Of a DNA stretch of 64,000 nucleotides, positions 51,895-61,489 are shown in pieces. A model generated the notes under the pieces. That model made no database searches. It was given only the letters and a program-made list of their open reading frames with translations, and was not told the DNA's origin. This DNA comes from Albugo candida (Eukaryota): positions 62,001 through 126,000 of the forward strand of contig JBDOQK010000042.1 in NCBI GenBank assembly GCA_040437565.1, read 5' to 3'. Position 1 is the stretch's first letter. Each line of letters opens with the position of its first letter. The translations under genes and the position numbers were made by a program.

Positions 51895-53217
51895 TTATTG
51901 CATGGCTCGCTCGAAATGAGTTTGAATGCGTTGGAAAATAGGGCCGTATAGCTCCAAAGCACGTCGATCCCAATTGGTACCTGCCAGATGGTTGCAGTGA
52001 TGGTAATGGATGCTCCATTGACCGCGTACGTGAGCAGTAGCGCGATCGCAAAGGACAGAAGACCTTGGAACCCCGAGCATTGACTTGAAGTTTACTACCC
52101 CGTCATTATCACTCCAGTCGTTATCTGCGTCATTTGTTCATGTCAGCGCATAAAGCGATTGACGAGGAATTCTTACCGAGCGTTTTGTACCATTTCACGT
52201 TCAGACGAATGAGAAACATGAGGATATAAAGTGCGACGTTGACAAAGCAGCAGAGGTGCATGGAGACCATAAACGCTGGAAGGAGGACCACAATCGCCAT
52301 CACCTTTTGCTCCACTGTGATCGTTTTGTCCATAAGCAATCGTACAGCAATGATAGCGACTAGTATCACCACCAGGCAAAGGATGAGATCGAAAGACGGA
52401 AGAAACGAACGCTCTGGAACGATACTCTGCAGAAACACATGTTCCATGTCACAAAGAGAGCGATTATGACGCATTCGAACTCTTGGCTCGACGCTGTGTG
52501 CGAAGAAATCGGTTGCCTGACTCATTCTACCTCGATACGATACAACATCCGACCATTTCCGTGTCTGTTGCTTCCATTGCGGCATTCGAAAGTCCATCAC
52601 TGAACGTATAAGAGCGTAATCGTGCTGTAATTTCAAGCAGATGGAAAGAAGCGTTCCAATGAGATGTGCAGGGCTGTACTTGATCAAGCGACCGTGATCC
52701 TTAATACCGAGCAAATGACTCAGAGTGGAGCCGCACAGAGGTCCAACAATCGACGTAATGCTTCGAACCCACCGATGATCCGAGCCGCGTCCGAATGCAT
52801 CCTTACAAATCAATTGATACAGCTCGATCGCAGTGCTTGCACCAGCACTATGTCCAAGCAAATGCACGGGATTCTCAGCATTCCATTGGGGATACAGCGC
52901 CTCACATGTCATTCCAAATTGTGCGTGTCCTGCATACATACTTTCAGACATTTCACGAGCACAAGGGAGGTACCTTGGCGTTTGGAATGCAATTCTCCGT
53001 AATCGACCTGACCGCCAATAAGCTCGTAAAAAGCCTCACAGGCTCGATCATGATCCGATGAAAGCACTCCAATATCGACAATGAGGATATTCGAATTGAA
53101 CGCTCGGATCTGATCGATGGGCCAATACGATTTGTATCGATTCAGCAATGTCGTTAGCTTCCCATACCCAAAGACTCCGTGAATCAACACAACAGGGAAT
53201 TCAGTCGTCAGACTCAT
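51895..53217 (-). CDS. Alpha/beta-hydrolase lipase with two internal transmembrane helices, 3 exons
   Basis: PVVLIHGVFG, SSDHDRACEAFYELIGGQVDYG, nucleophile GHSAG, DNDGVVN (Asp) and NHLAG (His). Introns 52930-52973 (44 nt) and 52125-52176 (52 nt) restore the frame. Confidence 0.88.
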
Positions 53218-53365
53218 TACAAAGCTATTTACAGAAAAATCGACTGTCTTTTCATTTTATGGAAAGAGATGCAATTCGAATGAATCGCAGAATCGCTGTT
53301 AACGAGTCACTGTAAAGCGTTGTACAGAGACGATTCAACGACTTGTGCGGAGGCTTTTATGCAAA

Positions 53366-54957
53366 CTACGCTTCCACATCGTGTGGACTTGTTTTCATTC
53401 GTTTCGAGTCGCTGACGTGCTGCCGATTGGAGGCATTCGAGACAAGTTGACGAGTCAAACGAAATGAAATGCACATCATCACTTTTCTTGGTGCCACATC
53501 GCGAATAAGGTGGAAACAAGTCGTCGATGGATCCAATGTGCCTCCCAAAACCTTTTCCACTCTTTCGAGAACGTCTCGTTCGTATGAATTCTCAGCAGAA
53601 GAGAAACAATAACAATGAATCCGAGGCAGCTCGTCTTCGTTCCAATTGTCAAAGACTCCGCCCACAAAAACGTCTAAAAAGTCGATAGCGGACGCCGGTA
53701 AGTTGAGAAGCACTTGTGAGAATCGTTTGTTCTCTTTGACTAACGTTTCGACAAACACACGACCATCGAGATTCCACGCCGATACTTTGTGTGCGATTTT
53801 GTTGCGTTTGATATTCTCCGTCAAGTAGCGATAACTATGCGGATTGAGGTCGTTCGCGTAGACGACACATCCTTTCTTCCCCAGAGGAATAGCGAATGGA
53901 CCGACACCAGCCATCATGTCGCAAACAACATCGCATGTGGCGTCAAAAGAAGCGACGATACGAGCATGTTCGTGCTGTAATCGAGAATTCCAATACACCT
54001 GCGCATAGTCAAAGCAGAAGATCGCTCGACTCTCATGCACAGTGACATATAAATCCTTTTTTCCAGCCAGAATTTCCATTGGAAATGTTCGATACTCTGT
54101 TTCGATAGTATCCGTTTTATTGACAACTGTTTGAATGTGTTGATTTTTGTCGAGAATGACTTGTCCGATCAGATGTTTAAAGGGCAAATGAGCTCGACGG
54201 AGGTTCAGATGGGCAATGTGCCCAACACACTCAAACGACGAAGGGATTTGGACGTGTTCCGGTAGGATTTTCGCAAGCACGTGCTCGACATTAAAGTGAT
54301 TATAATTGAGATCGACGTGATAATCGACAAATTCGACTGCTTCGTGTATGAGCTTTTGATTCATTTCTGTTGGCATTCCTTCCAAAATAAGTGTGTCGTC
54401 GCTTTTCCTTCGTATTCGCTCATTCAAAAGTATCAGTTTACACTTTNNNNNNNNNNNNNNNNNNNNNNNNNNNNNNNNNNNNNNNNNNNNNNNNNNNNNN
54501 NNNNNNNNNNNNNNNNNNNNNNNNNNNNNNNNNNNNNNNNNNNNNNAATGTGCCCAACACACTCAAACGACGAAGGGATTTGGACGTGTTCCGGTAGGAT
54601 TTTCGCAAGCACTTGCTCGACATTAAAGTGATTATAATTGAGATCGACGTGATAATCGACAAATTCGACTGCTTCGTGTATGAGCTTTTGATTGATTTCT
54701 GTTGACATTCCGTCCAAAATAAGTGTGTCGTCGCTTTTCCTTCGTATTCGCTCATTCAAAAGTATCAGTTTACACTTTTGATCGATTGAATCCGTTGTGA
54801 CAGTCTTTGGGTCGGACACGACATTCCGTAACTTTGGAACATTCAGTAAATTCCCATGCAGTAATTTGACAAGTCGACTGATTTTATGAGAGCTCGTACG
54901 CACCGCAACGATTCTCAATGTTTGTTGGAACACGCTTTTGTCCAATTGTGCGGTCAT
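53366..54957 (-). CDS. TRM5: tRNA (guanine(37)-N1)-methyltransferase
   Basis: PSSFECVGHIAHLNLR, GQVILDKN, VYWNSRLQHEH, DMMAGVGPFAIP, YANDLNP, NLP, RDVAP.K.M.C.SF. The coding region is artificially split: 54215-54446 is repeated at 54547-54778 across the gap. Confidence 0.95.
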
Positions 54958-55004
54958 TGCGATCGGAAGGAACAGTGCTTTTGATTGGCGAGCAGAGTCG
55001 CAAG

Positions 55005-56721
55005 TTATTTGCTTGTAGCGCATTCTTTTAGCCAGCCGAATTGGAACGTGAAATCGTTCCCTGACTGACGTAAACTGAGATACATTAAGCATAGAAGCAG
55101 TCGGATCCACTGACTTTGCACGAGGATCAAATAATTGTTGAGCACAAATGCTATTTGCTGAAGTGCGGAGACTCGGATCCACCGCTGTGCTGCGACCACA
55201 TGCACTACTAACGACACACCTGCGACTACGAACGAGCTAATGATATTTCGAACCGACTCGAGAAGATGTGTCCAATCTCGCGGGGGCATGAAAATGTAGT
55301 ATTTGGTGTTGGGCAGCCAGAAGACGAGGCCTATGATACACACTTTTTCTCTACGATAAAGAAATGTGAGACGTCGAGGACGTATGGATGCACGTACTAT
55401 ATAGAAGTGGCACAATAAAGTCGATATACGCGCATAATAGCAAATGCTCGTTCCGGTGGAGCATCGTCATAACTCTTTTCACAAATGCATTTCGCTGCGC
55501 ACTTGTCCCTACAGCGATGCTTTTCAGCAGAATTAATTGATTACTCGGTCCGTCCGGTCGTGTGGATGTCAATTGTCGGATTCTGTTACTTTTGACCGTA
55601 TCGATGACATCTTTGAGCGAGTATTGACGTCGTACGATATCATCATACTGCATGATTGAGAATGTCGCATCCACAACGTTTTTAGCCTCACGCAGGCGTA
55701 CGCTGAGAGCATTCTCACCGGTTGGAGATGAAAGTGTTTCTTGTAATCGCTCCAAAGTGATAAGCTCATGCAATTGCTTTTGCAATTTCGATGAGGAGCG
55801 ATATACAGCCGCACAAAATTGGACCATAGAGAACACCTTATAAGCAATGGAAATGGCCAACGCGATATCCGATTTCGACGTCTGTAAGCACATAAGGAAG
55901 AACAGCGCATGGAAAAACTGAACTAATGTCGTCGCGACAATTCCTGAGACGTCCGGCGCGAGTCGACGACATAAATGGTGCGTGACACTGAGCATAATTG
56001 TTTTTGGAATTGGTAAGATGATCGATACCCAAAACTTATGATTCGAAGGCAAGTAAATGAACAACGTTGCGAGGGCAGGATACAATAACAAAACAAACTC
56101 CTCGGACGTGTAGAGAAACGAGTACTGCTTCAGTCGTTGATGCATATTGCACGTCGTATACTCTGAATTCCCGTTGATCCAGTACGAAACCATGCGATAT
56201 CCGGCAAACTGACACAAGAAAACGGGCCAAATTAATGAAAAAGGAACGGGAAAGATGTTGAAAATTATAGCCACGAATAGCTTTTGTAGTACAAGTAGAG
56301 TTGCTTGGACACTGGCGACCGCAATTCGCTGCCATACTTTAAGCCTTAGATTGTGGATCACATGCGTTAGCTCACAATTGTTGCAGCAAAATGCTATAAA
56401 TGCACTGATCCACGAAGAGATGTAGTAATGACAAGCTTTACGCCATCCTTTGGACGGATCTGCGAGTGGAAGTCCGTTCGAAATGAGAAAGCATACGATA
56501 CTTGGACAAGTACTGAGCGATAGAATCTTCCATGCACGCCAATTCGGGTGGGAACATTCCTGGTAGCGCAGGAAAGCGCTCAGCTTTAGAAATGAGTACT
56601 CACCTTGGAGACCAGCTTTTGTGAGCGTCATGACATATTTACGAAAGAACGACGTGCGAGGTAGAAAGCCAGAGTCTTTACAAGTGACCTCAGCAGGGAG
56701 TATCTTGGCGGAGCGCTGCAT
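55005..56721 (-). CDS. Oomycete-type multipass transmembrane protein, 2 exons
   Basis: Many hydrophobic helices and family-like motifs LPLADPSKGWR, IFPVPF, LPN.KYY, QIAFVL and GNDFTFQFGWL. An intron starting GTACGT at 55397 (~50-55 nt) joins ORF 55351-56721 to ORF 55005-55415. Confidence 0.8.
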
Positions 56722-57364
56722 GATTACGAGCTGGTGTCGTTGTAATCCCTTTTGCGCTTCTTATCACATCAGATTATTTTTAGGGGAAGTGGAGGGACGT
56801 ATTATTGCCAGCAGCAGCTCCAACAACACTTATTGATGCTACGACGACCGCGATATAGGGAGAGTCCCAAGTATTGTACACGGGCGTTTCGAAGCATCAC
56901 AGCTCGTTAGGAAAGGAATTTCAATCAAAGTGGCAGTGGAATGGAAGCAGAAAAGCTTATTGATTGAAAACGAGGGACTCTATATGTCTATTTGCAAGGC
57001 AATAGTTCATCTTGCAATAGGTTGCTTCTCGGTTGGAAGAAACGCGACGAAAGTGTGTTGAATAGCATGGAAAAGGGCGCATTGCAGCATTGAACCGACG
57101 TGGCGGGATACCAACTGCGCCGTCCGCAGCACAACGGATCAAATACAAATGCGCAAGCACAGAATTCCACGACACACTATCAGAGGCGCAAACAAGGACG
57201 AGCAGGCTGTCAAAGGATGTATCAATAGATATTCCCCGCAAGCGTTTGCATCGCCGAGTAAAGTGTAGACGGAACAAGTAAGTAAAACTGAGCATACATT
57301 TGATAGATTAGCGCAATCGTGCTAGGAATCCTTCTCAATTGAGGTATTTCTCCATCCCATGTTC

Positions 57365-59068
57365 TCATGAGAATTTCCACTGTCTTAAATATTTGTAAAA
57401 GACGTTCTCAGGTCTGCTTGATCTCATAATTAGCGGGCTTACAATCAGATTGTGCTCGGAAAGATTTGGCTGAACCCGTATTTCAAACGTAAATCGCACA
57501 TATTTCAAAACTGCCTTCCCAAAAGCATAGCCATCGTTTGGGTGCAATCCGACGTCCTCTTTCTCAACTTTGAAATCGTCCATTGCAGGATGCAAAGTCA
57601 GAGTCAGATACTTCTTCTTTGATGACGTGAAAGCGACGTACAGCTTTTTCGGTATCCATAAGTGATTTGCCATGAGAGAAAAATGAGCTACTGGAACTTG
57701 ATGTCCTATGGTTTTCCTTGATTCATGGATATACACAAATGCACGATACAATGCAACAGTCCATTTATGATTGCTCGATAATCCGAATATCCGATAATCC
57801 ATAAGACCTTTTTTTGGCTTTTCAATTTGCTGCGGTTCCGTGTCCTCAGTGCCTTGAATCTCTTGACTTTCTTGAATCTCTTGAATCTCTTGACTTTCTT
57901 GGATCTTTTGGATCTCTTGAATCTCTTGACTTTCTTGACTTTCTTGGATCTCTTGGATCTCTTGGATCTCTTGGATCTCTTGGATCTCTGGTGTGACGCG
58001 AGTGCCTCGATTGACTGGAGTTTCTTGAGTGACTGTAGCGTGAGTATCTTGTGTGACGGCAGTAGCATGCGTGGTTGGAGTAGCAGCGTGCGTACCATGA
58101 ACATTATGAGTATGATGATTATCTTGAGTTTCTGGAGTGTCGTGAGGGACGTGAACGATGTGAGTGTGTTGTGTGCCATGAGTACCATGAGTAGCATGAG
58201 CTTCTTGAGTGTCTGGAGTTGTTTGAGTTTCTTGAGTGTTGGAAGTGTCTTGAGGGACGTGAACGATGTGAGCGTCTTGTGCGCCATGTGTATCTTGAGT
58301 ATTATGAGTATCATGCTTATCTGGAGTTTCTTGAGGGACGTGAGGGGCGTGAGTGTGTTGTGTGCCATGAGTACCATTGATGTCTGGAGTGTCTTGAGTA
58401 TCTTGAGGGGTTGAATTAGCGTGAGTTTCTTGAGTTTCTTGAGTTTCTTGAGGGGTTGAATTAGCGTGAGTGTGTTGTGTGTCATGAGTACCATGAGTAT
58501 TTTGAGCGTTTTGAGGGGCGTGAACGTGTTGCATGCCATGAGTACCATGAGTGTTCTGAGTGTCTGGAGTGACTCGAGCGGTTGGAATAGTGTGAGTGTC
58601 CCGAGTATTGTGAGTGTCTTGAGGGATGTGAGTGCGTTCAGTATTATAAGTATTATGAGTATCTCGAGTGTTTAGAGTAGTGGGAGTGTCTTGAGTGTCG
58701 TGATTGATACGAGGGCATCGAATAGAGTGAATGCATTCAAGGGCGTTAATGCGTTGAATGGTGCCAAGATCGGTCATGTACTGGTCACAACTCATTGCTC
58801 CATTCGTCTTTTCACTTATTCTGATTACTTCCAATCCATCAAATACAATGCACAGCGTGTTACATCCCTCCATGGGCAATCTATCGTTGTAGATGAGGTT
58901 TAGTAGATCAGGAATACGCACTATTTCATTGCCTTTGGAGTATGTGTATTCTCCTCCACATAATGTAAACTCGATACCTTTTCCATAGAGGCACTCGCAT
59001 TGAGCTTTTCTCAAAACCATAAAAGTACAGCCGAGTCCAAATTGCAAACGAGCTTTGAATCCTTTCAT
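57365..59068 (-). CDS. Predicted secreted protein, 567 aa, with Cys-rich N-domain, His/Thr/Gln repeat linker and conserved C-domain
   Basis: Intact ORF with a signal-peptide-like N-terminus MKGFKARLQFGLGCTFMVLRKAQC. The N- and C-domains align with 45317-46147. An INR-like motif lies ~30-45 nt upstream. Confidence 0.88.
   Translation of the reverse strand: MKGFKARLQFGLGCTFMVLRKAQCECLYGKGIEFTLCGGEYTYSKGNEIVRIPDLLNLIYNDRLPMEGCNTLCIVFDGLEVIRISEKTNGAMSCDQYMTDLGTIQRINALECIHSIRCPRINHDTQDTPTTLNTRDTHNTYNTERTHIPQDTHNTRDTHTIPTARVTPDTQNTHGTHGMQHVHAPQNAQNTHGTHDTQHTHANSTPQETQETQETHANSTPQDTQDTPDINGTHGTQHTHAPHVPQETPDKHDTHNTQDTHGAQDAHIVHVPQDTSNTQETQTTPDTQEAHATHGTHGTQHTHIVHVPHDTPETQDNHHTHNVHGTHAATPTTHATAVTQDTHATVTQETPVNRGTRVTPEIQEIQEIQEIQEIQESQESQEIQEIQKIQESQEIQEIQESQEIQGTEDTEPQQIEKPKKGLMDYRIFGLSSNHKWTVALYRAFVYIHESRKTIGHQVPVAHFSLMANHLWIPKKLYVAFTSSKKKYLTLTLHPAMDDFKVEKEDVGLHPNDGYAFGKAVLKYVRFTFEIRVQPNLSEHNLIVSPLIMRSSRPENVFYKYLRQWKFS
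57845..58700 (-). repeat. Coding minisatellite built from 9-nt (tripeptide) units
   Basis: QEI/QES repeats (CAAGAGATC)n at ~57855-57990. THG, TQH, QET, QDT, THN and HVP units form longer imperfect blocks. Confidence 0.92.
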
Positions 59069-61489
59069 TGAGAGTCAAGTGGCTACGAAGTACGGAGTAA
59101 ATCTTACAATGAGATAAATGGTCGTCACGCTCCAAAGATCCTTAAATACTATTACATCGTCCAGTTTATGAGAAGGTACAAAGAAGCATGATTTGTATGT
59201 AGAACTACCGACGTGATACAAGCGAGTGGCTGGTTTACAAGCTCGGTGCCACGTATTGACAATTCGAAATCGCAATTTTGCATAAAGGCACAGCAATCAG
59301 CTGCTGTCCTACACTCACACGTGTTAGCCATTCAACAATAACTCCACGCTACCATTCAATAATATAATGGAACACCTCTCAAATCCATGTTTACTACGCA
59401 CATCGCGTAGACCAAGACATACACTTATTGCCATCGGTTGCGCATAGCGCTAATTTGGGCACGTCCGAAGTATCGTAGAGCACCGATATCAGCAAAAGAA
59501 CATGCGTCGGTTTAATCGTATTACATAGTCATTTTTCTCAAGCATTTAAACATGTCATAATTTTGGAACATATCACTTAGATATCTACACTTTATGGAAT
59601 GCATATCTATCGACCTTGTGTAGAAGAAAAGGCTCTCATCGCAGCCTGCTTAAGGACGGTATCTTTGAGATATTTTTTAGTGGAAGACATATCAGTAAAT
59701 GTCGTGCATCGTCTGTAACCAACCAAAAAATTGTTGCGTGCTGCTGTATCATTGCCAATGCAAGCTAGACAATATTCTCAATTCTCATTCCTTTTCCTTG
59801 GGATTCGCCGCACAGTTAGAAACCCTTGGGAGCAATCATACACTACCTTGCGAGTTGAATGATATGCATCAATTTCCTCGAGGCGCTTGCGATTAAAACT
59901 CTAATCAAAAAAGGGTTGGAACTAACACTTTTGAACTCGAGTGGCTATAAGGAACGAATTCGTCCGACAGAGATGTTGTGCTACTGCTTAAAATGCTTTA
60001 GTGTTGTACATTTATCCGCTGGAGAAAGTATCGTGTAGCGTTTGAAGTAAAATGAAGAAGATTTTGTGATTACTTTCGACATATATATTTCCATTCCATG
60101 ACAAATTGTATCACGTAGCGTGAAAGTGGTCGTTGTATGTCGGTATTTATCTCAATTTTCAAGTAGAGAAAATTAAGTCGAACATCGCAGCATTAGATCT
60201 ATACGCGTCAAGCGGACTCTAACCACGCTGTGGCTTGCATGCAATGATTGTTGATTGCGCGCAAAAGAGACCGATAAGCCTTTCACACGGTCAACGGCCA
60301 ATAATAGGATAAGGAAGGTAGTTGAGGAACCTCATAATACAGTGTATTGGTAGAAGTGATGAATAACCGAGGCTTCGCGGAAAGATAATATTTCTGCTTT
60401 CTTCGAAAATGCAGCTTTCAACTCGATAAATTCTCCATCGCGCACATGCTTTAGACGCGACCTCGCTAGTAACATCACTAATTCCATGTCATTGGTCAGA
60501 TTGAGTAACATTCATCGATAGATTGGCCATTGAACTGAATATTTTCACTGCCGGTTGTACGCTACGATCCATATATATATAGAGACACCACCAGGCGAAT
60601 AATACATTGGAGTTTAGGTCTCCTTTAATGACGAACCAAAAATTTCTCTATTAAGAAATCAGGTGTCTATTTAGCAAGCACTCAAAGCTACAGAATTAAA
60701 GTCTTTTCACATGCTAAGGTACATTTGCAGGGTTGATTCAAAAACAGAACAAAATGCAGCCCGCAAGCAAGGATTTGGATATCGATCAAGCATTGAAGTT
60801 TATGACTCGCTCATTTCTTTCCTTTTGATGAAAGTGGATCTTATGACACTATCATAGGAAATGCTAATCAATGATCCCTAAACTGCATGTTGTGTCAGAG
60901 CGAGTGTGGCTAGTTCCTTGTTTGGTACAATTAAAGTACAATCACATTATGCTTCGTCATACGCACTTGTTTTGAGAATGCGACTTCATCATCACAGCAT
61001 ATATATCAGTAGATTCGCCCTTGGAAGAGCAATGACTTTGTACTATCACAATGTATGAAGTCACATCGCCAAAGCGACAATTTATAATGTAGGGAGGTAT
61101 ACAAACAGATACACAGTGTAGTGAAGACCTCGGCACATCAGAAAGACCCTTCGATTTGTACGTTTGTGTCCGTGCAAACGATAGAAAAGATGAAGCGCTC
61201 CCAATTGATTACTAAGCTTTGCTTCTGAGAAAATGTTCAATAGTGATGCATTTCTCAAATAATCGTTGACATGAACATCCATTTGACTTTGCAATAACAT
61301 CTGCATCTATTTTCGTTCTCCACGATGGCTTGTGCTTCAATCATTTAGTGTATACACCGTCCTCTACGTTGATATTGACGAGCTATCTGTCGATGTTTGC
61401 TTTTACCCCAACGAGTTTACATAATTTCATTTCTCGACCCAAAGTGGTGAAAAGAAGTTGATCGCTACTCCACTTCAGCCTGATTCCTA

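Noticed and set aside
54433-55182. Separate 249-aa gene, or TRM5 start at 55182
   Set aside because: It is the 5' half of TRM5 split by the gap. The GTG start lies well inside the last exon of the membrane-protein gene.
57706-58675. Overlapping long ORFs (57706-58548 minus; 57827-58414 and 58466-58675 plus)
   Set aside because: These are alternative-frame shadows of the 9-nt coding repeats.
58975-59000. Calling the secreted family CCG/CHxC or RXLR effectors
   Set aside because: The motif is CECLYGKG / CCCPYTEG / CECASAHG, not CxxCxxxxxG or CHxC, and there is no RXLR-EER.
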